NCBI GenBank assembly: GCA_963931495.1
Contig: OZ007020.1
Span: 870,001 to 902,000 of the forward strand
Direction of reading: 5' to 3'
Length of the DNA: 32,000 bases
DNA from: an uncultured Alphaproteobacteria bacterium
GTDB taxonomy: Bacteria; Pseudomonadota; Alphaproteobacteria; Rs-D84
Both the position numbers and the translations under genes were made by a program. The notes under the pieces were generated by a model. It was given only the letters and a program-made list of their open reading frames with translations, had not been told where the DNA came from and ran no database searches. Below are positions 17,789 through 24,993 of the stretch, in pieces; position 1 is the first letter of the stretch; each line of letters opens with the position of its first letter.

Positions 17789-17856
17789 TTTGCCACCTCT
17801 TCAAAACAAACAATGCCGGTAAAAAATATAATATCCAGAGAAAAGAACACATAGCC

Positions 17857-18033
17857 CTATACCTTGTTCTCTTCAATCCAATCTTTAATATCTTGCAATC
17901 GGTATCTGACAACTCTACCCAATTTTATAAAGTGCGGCCCCTTACCTTGAAGCCGATATTTTATGAGTGTATATTTTGCAATTCCTAATAATTCGGAAAG
18001 CTCTTTTGTTGTTAATAATTTTTCTTCTGCCAT
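17857..18033 (-). CDS. AlpA/Xis-like HTH protein (58 aa, below the ORF-track cutoff)
   Basis: Own translation: MAEEKLLTTKELSELLGIAKYTLIKYRLQGKGPHFIKLGRVVRYRLQDIKDWIEENKV. Classic AlpA/excisionase HTH pattern. Sits between the att-like site and int. Confidence 0.75.
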   Translation of the reverse strand: MAEEKLLTTKELSELLGIAKYTLIKYRLQGKGPHFIKLGRVVRYRLQDIKDWIEENKV

Positions 18034-18345
18034 AAAATGTCCTTTTGACTATACGTTCAAAACATATCTTTAAGACATCTTTTTGGCTATTCAGAAATAT
18101 CTAGTTTTATCCAATTTTATCAAACAAGATTTCTTAATTCATAATTTCGAAATTCCAGTATATATACGCAGTATATATACTAAAAAACTTGTTTCTTTGG
18201 ATTTTGGTTGCTTTTGATTGCTTTAAAAACTTTGAACAAAAACACACAGAAACACATAGAAATAGTACACAGCCGATGTCACGACAAACAAAAATTCCAA
18301 GTTTTCTGCGGGATTCAGCCATTTTTGAAACAACGGTACAATTCC

Positions 18346-18390
18346 CTGTTAATCCGTATGTCACTGGTTCGAGTCCAGTTGCCCGAGCCA
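18346..18390 (+). other. tRNA 3'-half-like segment (T-arm, acceptor 3' strand, CCA); not a complete tRNA
   Basis: ACTGG-TTCGAGT-CCAGT T-arm, then TGCCCGA-G-CCA. No complementary 5' acceptor strand or D-arm is found upstream, so it is interpreted as an att core. Confidence 0.65.
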
Positions 18391-18396
18391 AGATTT

Positions 18397-18420
18397 CCGC
18401 AGATTTCTGCGGATTTTTTT
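18397..18420 (+). terminator. Intrinsic terminator after the tRNA-like core
   Basis: CCGCAG-ATTT-CTGCGG followed by ATTTTTTT. The same element occurs at 23274-23296. Confidence 0.7.
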
Positions 18421-18489
18421 ATTGTCTATCGGAAGTCCTATTTTTGGCAAAATTGGATAAAAATGGCTCTAAATTGCCCTAGTTATAAA

Positions 18490-18777
18490 ACAAAAACACA
18501 TATTTGACACACAGTAATATATACCATTACTGCTGAAATCATCTCTGAAATCACATAGATTTCATACTTGAAATCAGAGATGAAATCGTGATGAAATCAT
18601 ACCTGATTTCAGTATGATTTCAGGGCTGATTTCAGTATTGATTTCATACCTGAAAAGAGCCCCTTTTTGCCTGCGAACTATGGAACGCTATTCCGTCAGT
18701 CACAAGACTAAAACACACAAAAATCAAACAGTTATAAAAATACGATTTTCCCCTATGTGTCAAATATGTGTTTTTGT
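18490..18777. repeat. 22-bp perfect inverted repeats enclosing ten 8-mer iterons (TGAAATCA / TGATTTCA)
   Basis: IR-L ACAAAAACACATATTTGACACA is at 18490-18511, and its exact reverse complement is at 18756-18777. Forward iterons start at 18534, 18546, 18569, 18581 and 18592. Reverse iterons start at 18557 (1 mismatch), 18604, 18615, 18627 and 18639. Spacing is 11-12 bp. Confidence 0.85.
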
Positions 18778-18856
18778 ACTTTTTTATTTTTGAATAAACA
18801 ACTGGACAAAGACGAAAGAATAAGCACAAATGCAACAACTTTTAAAGGGGTTGCAT

Positions 18857-19063
18857 ATGAGCTTCAAACATTTTGATGATATTAAACCAAATGATAAGGC
18901 ACAATTTGAGATGCTGTATTTCTCTGCTCAACGGGCTTTAAGAAGGTTGGAACTTAAACTGAATAAAATTTATGGCGATAAAACGCCAAAACATTTGCGT
19001 ATAGAATTAAAACAACTCAACCGCAAACTCACCCAAATGGCAGGTGCGTGGAAATGTACATAA
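18857..19063 (+). CDS. Small helical hypothetical protein (68 aa)
   Basis: ATG at 18857 with an AAGGGG RBS. A frameshifted paralogue lies at 26240-26460. Confidence 0.5.
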   Translation: MSFKHFDDIKPNDKAQFEMLYFSAQRALRRLELKLNKIYGDKTPKHLRIELKQLNRKLTQMAGAWKCT

Positions 19064-19080
19064 AAACAAAGAATTCTCCA

Positions 19081-19575
19081 CTATAATGGATTCACTATAT
19101 CCAAAATTTTTTCTAGAATACCCAAAATGTTATTATAATCACTATTTATACACATTTTAAACACCCCCTTGTTGGCTTCATAATCATCATTTAAATGTGC
19201 TATTGAATCCCTAAAGTTAATAAAATTTATATATACATCCCATTCACCAGAATTTACTAAACCTTCAAAAGCTTTCTTCTTACGAAAAGTATCTTTAATT
19301 ATGCTCGACAAGTTGTTTTTATTTAAATGGCCATGAAGTTGTTTTTTGCTATTTTTACTAAGTGTACTTAAATAACGCTTAGAAAATGCCGAAGATTTAT
19401 CTAAACGGTTCCCTATAATAGTATTGAGCTTTTTCTCAAATTCTGCATAACACGTAATGACTATATAGTCCACAATCATATCACCAAACTTCATAAAATC
19501 TGCTGGATTTAACGCAACTTGTATCGAGCTACAATCATTTACATGCAATCTTGAAACTTCCAATTTATTTGTCAT
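19081..19575 (-). CDS. HEPN-like protein (Rx4H motif), partner of the DUF262 protein
   Basis: 164 aa, all-helical in character. Contains FRDSIAH (R-x4-H). Start overlaps the DUF262 gene stop by 11 nt. I recall HEPN-like families that neighbour DUF262 genes, but this is not verified here. Confidence 0.45.
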   Translation of the reverse strand: MTNKLEVSRLHVNDCSSIQVALNPADFMKFGDMIVDYIVITCYAEFEKKLNTIIGNRLDKSSAFSKRYLSTLSKNSKKQLHGHLNKNNLSSIIKDTFRKKKAFEGLVNSGEWDVYINFINFRDSIAHLNDDYEANKGVFKMCINSDYNNILGILEKILDIVNPL

Positions 19576-20692
19576 TTACTATGACCTCATAAGCTAACTT
19601 TAAACGATATTCTACCTTGCTTAATGACGTAGTACCAGAAAGATCGTTATAGACTTCTTTGGCCTTTTCGGAATTTTTATAGCTAATAATCTTACTTTTT
19701 AAAGTTTCATTTGGAACATGAGTTATATGTAACAGCGCATTCATAATCGAATCAAATATTAAATAATTCATTCTTTTTGAAGATTTCATATTAAAAATAT
19801 TACTTGTTTCGTCATCAAAAGCGCTTACAAGCCCACCACAAATATTTACAAATCTGTTTTCAAAATCTTTAAACTCTTTATTTTTATTATGAGCCATAAA
19901 AGCATCTAAAAATTGTCTCATATTATTATAGTTATATAATTTTAGTTCTTTAGTATTAAAATTCTCGTATAAAGCTAAAACACGTAAAATCAGCTCCAGG
20001 TCAAAAAATCTTTCATTTTCTTTCGGCTGACCGAAAATTTTTCTCCAATTTTCGTCTTTATTTAACCTCTCTAACATATCCACCAACTTTCCAGAACTTA
20101 TTGCTCGCCTTATCTCCATTGCTTTCAATGCGACACTACTAGTATTTATGCGTTCAAATACATTATATAAAAATGTATCATCTTTAGGCTCTATAGCTCT
20201 TATTATCATAGCACTTAAAAATGTGTTATTCTCCAACCTATTTTTGTATTTTTCTAATTCCCCTGTTAATTGTTTAAACTTTTTTCCACTCAAAATAGAA
20301 TCGTTTTTTAATAACAAAGAAAATTTATTATTAAAAAAATCCGATATTGTATTCAGCCGTTGCCAACCATCAACCACCCAATATCCCTCATCTTTAGGCA
20401 ATTGATATAGCATAATTGGTGGGACGGGATACCCCTTTAAAAAAGATTCTATTAAACGGCTTTTGGTTTTAGTGTTCCATATAGAATTTCTTTGAAAAAT
20501 TGGTTTTTTAAAAACTGTTTTAAATTTTGAATTGTATTCATTTATACTAAATGTCGCTATATTTGTAACAATATCTATATCTAAATTATCTGCTGAAACA
20601 GGTTCTTCTTCCAAATCTTCGAATTCTAAAGCAACGTCAACAAGTTCCTTAACCTTTTGGTCTTCATTGAAATTTTCAAAACTTTCTGTCAT
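19565..20692 (-). CDS. DUF262 (ParB-like, GmrS-type) domain protein lacking a DUF1524 nuclease domain
   Basis: 375 aa. IFQRNSIWNTKTKSRLIESFLKGYPVPPIML...VVDGWQRLNTI matches the DUF262 signature (FQR..VW......LI.S.l.g.P.P...........DGqQRl.t). No HNH/His-Me motif is seen in the C-terminal half. Confidence 0.75.
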   Translation of the reverse strand: MTESFENFNEDQKVKELVDVALEFEDLEEEPVSADNLDIDIVTNIATFSINEYNSKFKTVFKKPIFQRNSIWNTKTKSRLIESFLKGYPVPPIMLYQLPKDEGYWVVDGWQRLNTISDFFNNKFSLLLKNDSILSGKKFKQLTGELEKYKNRLENNTFLSAMIIRAIEPKDDTFLYNVFERINTSSVALKAMEIRRAISSGKLVDMLERLNKDENWRKIFGQPKENERFFDLELILRVLALYENFNTKELKLYNYNNMRQFLDAFMAHNKNKEFKDFENRFVNICGGLVSAFDDETSNIFNMKSSKRMNYLIFDSIMNALLHITHVPNETLKSKIISYKNSEKAKEVYNDLSGTTSLSKVEYRLKLAYEVIVNDK

Positions 20693-20753
20693 TATATAAA
20701 CTCCTCAATATGTTAGCATTATTCTTCATCTTTATACATATATCATCTATATG

Positions 20754-21290
20754 TTATTTCGGAACCGGCAATCCTAACCTTTGTAATGGTATGTATTCAA
20801 AATAATACGAACAACCAACAGACACAATGTAATCCAATACATCCTTATAACAAGACTGTTTAAACCAATCGCTTAATAAATAAATGTATTCAACTTCCAT
20901 GTTTAGCTGTGCTAGTAACTTTTTATACTGCTTCTTCTTAAAATCGCATGTTTGCAACTTTTCATCGACAGAACCCGCAACCTGTTGAAATTTGCACTCT
21001 ATAACAAAAAAAGTGTTATTTGCTACTACATATATAGAGTCATCAGGTAATAATTTTTTTGATAAAATACTTTGCCATTTAATGCCACGATACGTTAAAA
21101 ATTTATACAAAGCGTTTTTCTTAAAGATCGAGGCAACCTCAACACCATTGTACGAAACAGAAACCCATCCCCTTTCATCATCGATACACTCGTAGCCCTT
21201 TTGAAGACACAGAAATGTACGTAGGTCCGTTTTCCCCTCAAAAACCAATCCTGTTTTAGTATTTGCACCGCCTATTCCATTAGCTTTCAT
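20754..21290 (-). CDS. Putative type II restriction endonuclease (PD-ExK)
   Basis: 178 aa. LLPDDSIYVV...FFVIECKFQ gives PD...E-x-K. The start ATG overlaps the upstream methylase stop (TAATG). It sits at the third position of an M-M-R operon. It does not resemble R.DpnII as I remember it. Confidence 0.6.
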   Translation of the reverse strand: MKANGIGGANTKTGLVFEGKTDLRTFLCLQKGYECIDDERGWVSVSYNGVEVASIFKKNALYKFLTYRGIKWQSILSKKLLPDDSIYVVANNTFFVIECKFQQVAGSVDEKLQTCDFKKKQYKKLLAQLNMEVEYIYLLSDWFKQSCYKDVLDYIVSVGCSYYFEYIPLQRLGLPVPK

Positions 21291-22075
21291 TATACTATTC
21301 CTTTCTTTTTAAGGATATCATACAGCCTTTTTTCTGCCAATTCAACAAATTGCGCTTCCTGCTCTATGCCGACAAACATTCTGTCATATTTTAATGCCGC
21401 AACCCCAGTTGTCCCACTGCCCATAAATGGGTCTAATATTAAATCGCCTGGATTTGTACAACATAAAATAATTCTTTCCAATAAGTCCAATGGCTTTTGT
21501 GTAGGATGCCTGCCAAAAGTTTTTTCTGATTTTGACGGCGTTGGAATAGACCAAACACTGCGCATCTGACAATCCGGCTTTTTCAAAATATCTTTTGGAA
21601 ATGCACCGCATTTCATAGCATTGTAATTAAATATATGCTTTGCGTTCTTACTTTTTCTTGCCCAAATAAGTGTTTCATGGCTGGCAGTAAAGTATCTACA
21701 AGACATATTTGGACTGGCATTTGGTTTATACCACGCCACATCATTTAATATATGAAAGCCCAACAACTGCATTGCAAAGCCACATGAGTATATACTGTGG
21801 TATGTACCACTTATCCAAATTGTGCCATTGGGTTTTAACACTCTCCGACATGCGGAAAGCCACTTTTTATGAAACTCAAAATCATTCATCAACCCGTGCG
21901 ACTCGTCCCACTTACCTTTATTAACCGACACAACTTGACCATTTTGGCACGTTATACCCCCATTTGACAACATATAAGGCGGATCCGCAAAAATCATATC
22001 AAAGGTATTTTCTGGAATCTGTTCCAGACACGTTAAGCAATTTTCACAATAAAGACGGAAGGGTTTATTAGTCAT
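21290..22075 (-). CDS. N6-adenine DNA methyltransferase, DpnA (M2.DpnII)-like, beta class
   Basis: 261 aa. FADPPYMLSNGG...VVSVNKGKWD...KPNGTIWISG...HPTQKP...LDPFMGSGTTGVAA closely parallels DpnA along the whole length. Confidence 0.85.
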   Translation of the reverse strand: MTNKPFRLYCENCLTCLEQIPENTFDMIFADPPYMLSNGGITCQNGQVVSVNKGKWDESHGLMNDFEFHKKWLSACRRVLKPNGTIWISGTYHSIYSCGFAMQLLGFHILNDVAWYKPNASPNMSCRYFTASHETLIWARKSKNAKHIFNYNAMKCGAFPKDILKKPDCQMRSVWSIPTPSKSEKTFGRHPTQKPLDLLERIILCCTNPGDLILDPFMGSGTTGVAALKYDRMFVGIEQEAQFVELAEKRLYDILKKKGIV

Positions 22076-23000
22076 AATTAGTTATCAATAACTCACGAAT
22101 AGCACTACGACCATCTGCATTTGCGTTTATCAGACGTTTTGCAAGTATTCTGTTTATATTATAGTCTTGGTATAAATCATCAAAAAATGTATCGTTTACA
22201 TAATTTGTTGGGTCTGAATTACTTAACATCTGTAAAGCACCCGCTTTATCACACGCTTCAAAAACGTTCTTAAGGCGAATTTGCTCATCATCATTAAAAT
22301 CCCCAACAGCATAAGAATTAAACGAAGATGTTTTTCTAATCGGGCGATATGGTGGGTCGTAATAGATAAACGTATCTTTTTTTACATACTCTTGAACAGA
22401 ACTAAAATCTGTTTGGATTATTGTCGCAATCTGTAAAGCGTCTGATACATTACGCAAATTTTCTGCATCTAATATTCTTGGATTGGTGTACTTACCCATC
22501 GGAACATTAAACATATTTTTTGAATTAACACGAAATAAGCCATTAAAACAGGTTCGGTTTAAGAATATGGTCAACGCTGCACGTCTGATAAACCGCTGAT
22601 TATAAATATTTGCATCGACAGTTTTGTCCATGCTGTTATATTCATCACGCCTTGTATAGTAATATTCTTTTTTATCTTCTGTATGATTGTACTCTGTACT
22701 TATTTTTGTCAGTTCAACTATCAATTTTTCAACATCATTTTTGATAACATTATACAGAATAACCAGCTCAGGATTGATATCAAACAATAAGGCTTCTTGT
22801 ATTTTGTAGTTATTATAAATATCAAAGAATACAGCCCCACCACCGACGAATGGTTCTATATATCTTTTTATTCCGCCCATTTTCAATTTTAAGGGCAGTT
22901 TTTCATCGATTTTATCTAATAGTTGCCCCTTGCCACCTGCCCATTTTAATACAGGTTTGCACTCAATATAATCAGCTAATTTTGCCGGTAGTGGTGACAA
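22068..23000 (-). CDS. Dam-family (D12 class) N6-adenine DNA methyltransferase, DpnM-like
   Basis: 310 aa. LKWAGGKGQLL, EPFVGGGAVFF and YYDPPY. Probable TTG start at 23000 behind AGGAAAGGAAAGA. An 8-nt overlap joins it to the next gene. Confidence 0.85.
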   Translation of the reverse strand: MSPLPAKLADYIECKPVLKWAGGKGQLLDKIDEKLPLKLKMGGIKRYIEPFVGGGAVFFDIYNNYKIQEALLFDINPELVILYNVIKNDVEKLIVELTKISTEYNHTEDKKEYYYTRRDEYNSMDKTVDANIYNQRFIRRAALTIFLNRTCFNGLFRVNSKNMFNVPMGKYTNPRILDAENLRNVSDALQIATIIQTDFSSVQEYVKKDTFIYYDPPYRPIRKTSSFNSYAVGDFNDDEQIRLKNVFEACDKAGALQMLSNSDPTNYVNDTFFDDLYQDYNINRILAKRLINANADGRSAIRELLITNYD

Positions 23001-23083
23001 TCTTTCCTTTCCTTTACGATTTGATATTACAAAATCACGCCACCTAAATCCAGTAGTAATTTTTTACTTATAGTTGTTTTTAA

Positions 23084-23296
23084 TTGCTTTTGATTGCTTT
23101 AAAAACTTTGAACAAAAACACACAGAAACACATAGAAATAGTACATAGCCCATGTAACCGCAAATAAAAAATCCAAGTTTTCTGCGGATTTCAGCCGTTT
23201 TTGAAAAATTTGTACAATTCACTGTTAATCCGTATGTCACTGGTTCGAGTCCAGTTGCCCGAGCCACGAATTTCCGCAGATTTCTGCGGATTTTTT
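23084..23296 (+). repeat. 213-bp direct repeat, copy B (att-like, with tRNA 3'-half-like core 23222-23266 and terminator 23274-23296)
   Basis: See copy A. The core CTGTTAATCCGTATGTCACTGGTTCGAGTCCAGTTGCCCGAGCCA is identical in both copies. Confidence 0.9.
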
Positions 23297-23418
23297 AATA
23301 CTTTTTTTAATTTAACATTTTTAACAAAACCCCTACATTGTTCGTAAAACTGTCAGAAAGTTCGTTAGAAAAACATATATTTTCATACGGGATACACATA
23401 TGTTTTTTTAATTATCAC

Positions 23419-23447
23419 TTGAACAATCTCTGAATGTAAAATATAAT
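23419..23447 (+). promoter_or_regulatory. Near-consensus sigma70 promoter for the metK-like gene
   Basis: TTGAAC (23419-23424), 17 nt, TATAAT (23442-23447). Confidence 0.65.
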
Positions 23448-23457
23448 AGAAAACATT

Positions 23458-23622
23458 AAAGGTGGATTTAACCTGACTTGTCCTACCTCTAAATGGACTA
23501 AACAAGGAGTTGTTATATGCAAATTTTCCTATACTTTATGCCGCATTTTGCACAGTGCTTTTGCACCTGTGTTGGTAGCTACATGAATCCACCTTTGGTT
23601 CTTACTGCAAAAACCAAAGGAG
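23458..23622 (+). promoter_or_regulatory. Structured 5' leader with mutually exclusive helices (long-range P1 versus SD-sequestering hairpin)
   Basis: AAAGGTGGATT (23458-23468) is perfectly complementary to AATCCACCTTT (23586-23596). CCTTTGGTT (23592-23600) is perfectly complementary to AACCAAAGG (23612-23620), which contains the metK SD (AAGGAG 23617-23622). The two helices share CCTTT. Confidence 0.55.
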
Positions 23623-23672
23623 TATATTATGCAAAGAACAGCAGAAGCGGTGTCTTTGGGACATCCAGATAA
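23517..23672 (+). CDS. Candidate leader peptide (51 aa uORF) overlapping the metK-like start
   Basis: AAGGAG (23504-23509), 7 nt, ATG. Peptide is MQIFLYFMPHFAQCFCTCVGSYMNPPLVLTAKTKGVYYAKNSRSGVFGTSR. The Pro-Pro codons (23589-23594) lie on the switch sequence. Confidence 0.35.
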   Translation: MQIFLYFMPHFAQCFCTCVGSYMNPPLVLTAKTKGVYYAKNSRSGVFGTSR

Positions 23673-24639
23673 AATCGCCGATTACATTTCAAGTTATATC
23701 TTAGATCGGTTAATTGAGCAAGATCCACAGGTCAAATATGCCGTTGAAGTCTTAATAAAAGATAACAATGTCGTCCTTGGTGGCGAAGTTACCACCTCTG
23801 CCCCACTTGGTAATTTGACCGACTATGTTAAGGCCGCCATTGCCGAAATCGGGTACAATGACCGATACGCATCAATATGGGGCGATTTGGCCATTAACCC
23901 AGCGCAAATAAAGGTTACCAATTTAATTGGCGTACAATCCGCAGATATCAATCGTGGTGTTGTTGCCGATGGCTGGGGCGATCAAGGTGTGTTTGTTGGC
24001 TATGCCTGCCAAGGCGAAGGTAAGATAAATCGGGAATTATATTTGGCCCGAAAGCTGAACAAAGCCCTGTACGATAAAGCCCGTCAATCTGATAATCTCG
24101 GCATAGATATCAAGACACAAATCACATTGAACGACGACAAGATTGAAACCACTATTGTGGCAATCCCGATGTTAAAGGACGAAGACCTGACCGACTTTAT
24201 CATTGAAACATTGGGCGAAAAGCCAGCGCACATTATCATAAATGGTACTGGACGTTATACATATCATGGTTCCATAGCAGACTGTGGCATTACAGGACGA
24301 AAATTGGCATGTGACTTTTATTCAACCGCATGTCCGATTGGTGGTGGCAGTCCATGGACAAAAGATGCTAGCAAGGCAGATTTAACCCTTAATGTGTATG
24401 CCCGTATCTTGGCGTGCGAGAACTTGGCCGACAACGACGAATGTTTTGTTTACCTGTCTTCGTGCATTGGGCGTGCCGAACTGCCAAGCGGCCTGATAAA
24501 AACGGTTAAAAACAGCATTGTTTCCTATCGTGATCTGTGGTGCAATCACAAACCAAGTAACTTGATAAAAGCATACGGTTTAGATAAACCGATCTATGCA
24601 AAATTATGCGACAAAAGTATATCTGGAATACAGAATTAA
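23629..24639 (+). CDS. metK: Compact S-adenosylmethionine synthetase (MetK) homologue, 336 aa
   Basis: GHPDKIADYIS, GGEVTTS, GDQGV.VGYA, DIKTQIT, NGTGRY, ADCGITGRKL, GGGS and TKDASKADL all align with the E. coli MetK catalytic blocks. It is about 50 aa shorter than bacterial MetK. Confidence 0.8.
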   Translation: MQRTAEAVSLGHPDKIADYISSYILDRLIEQDPQVKYAVEVLIKDNNVVLGGEVTTSAPLGNLTDYVKAAIAEIGYNDRYASIWGDLAINPAQIKVTNLIGVQSADINRGVVADGWGDQGVFVGYACQGEGKINRELYLARKLNKALYDKARQSDNLGIDIKTQITLNDDKIETTIVAIPMLKDEDLTDFIIETLGEKPAHIIINGTGRYTYHGSIADCGITGRKLACDFYSTACPIGGGSPWTKDASKADLTLNVYARILACENLADNDECFVYLSSCIGRAELPSGLIKTVKNSIVSYRDLWCNHKPSNLIKAYGLDKPIYAKLCDKSISGIQN

Positions 24640-24642
24640 AAA

Positions 24643-24663
24643 AAGGTGCCACTTGGCACCCTT
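24643..24663. terminator. Bidirectional hairpin between the metK-like gene and the cupin remnant
   Basis: GGTGCC-ACTT-GGCACC (24645-24660), flanked by an A-run on the left and T-rich sequence on the right. Confidence 0.55.
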
Positions 24664-24669
24664 GTTTTA

Positions 24670-24993
24670 TTATTTCAATTTATTGTATTCCGTATCACTG
24701 ACCGGTTCCAACCATTCGGTACGACCGTTTTCACTTGGTACTTCAATTGCGATATGCGTAAACCAAGAATCTTGTGCCGCACCATGCCAATGTTTTGTGC
24801 CTGGGGCAATATTTACTTTGTCGCCAGGTTTCAATTCAACCGCTGGTTTTCCCCATTCTTGATACCAACCACGTCCATGTGTTACCGTTCTTACTATTAC
24901 ATTAGCAACATCTTTCCCGATACCTCTACCACGATTATTAGATTTAGAATAACCAAGACACAATCCTATGGGTTCTTTAGCTTTGAGTGCCAT
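24670..24993 (-). pseudogene. 5'-truncated, degenerate cupin-domain gene
   Basis: The C-terminal 60 aa (GRGWYQEWGKPAVELKPGDKVNIAPGTKHWHGAAQDSWFTHIAIEVP...EWLEPVSDTEY) are typical of small cupins. The N-terminal ~45 aa are missing, and the first His cluster (WH.H) reads RGRG. Confidence 0.6.

Larger units (their letters stand above)
1..18033 (-). mobile_element. Phage/prophage region (structural, early and integration modules), continues past the left window edge
   Basis: Co-directional minus-strand run of recognisable virion, packaging and integration genes with overlapping or tightly spaced stops and starts. Integrase plus Xis-like gene sit next to a tRNA-like att sequence at 18346-18390. 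Confidence 0.75.
18208..18420 (+). repeat. 213-bp direct repeat, copy A (att-like: conserved arm + tRNA 3'-half-like core + terminator)
   Basis: Aligns base for base with 23084-23296 (about 17 mismatches by eye, no indels). The first ~62 nt and the 45-nt core are identical. Confidence 0.9.

Noticed and set aside
18134-18391. Minus-strand ORFs MARATGLEPVTYGLT... at 18134-18391 and 23064-23267
   Set aside because: They are antisense read-through of the tRNA-like/att repeat. The shared N-terminus simply reflects the repeated DNA, and the remainder is low-complexity.
18300-18392. Complete tRNA gene (and the same at 23180-23266), or a tmRNA 3' end
   Set aside because: Only a T-arm, acceptor 3' strand and CCA are present. 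No complementary 5' acceptor strand (TCGGGCA or a wobble variant), D-arm or convincing anticodon stem is found within 100 nt upstream. The acceptor sequence does not fit the tmRNA GGGGCUG/CAGCUCC pairing.
18644-18838. 64-aa minus-strand ORF across the iteron/IR region
   Set aside because: It overlaps the inverted repeat and iterons, has no RBS, and has hydrophobic low-complexity composition typical of AT-rich non-coding DNA.
23454-23628. Known SAM riboswitch class in the metK-like leader
   Set aside because: I could not align it to the S-box, SAM-II, SMK or other consensus sequences from memory. It is kept only as an unclassified structured leader, pending an Rfam scan.
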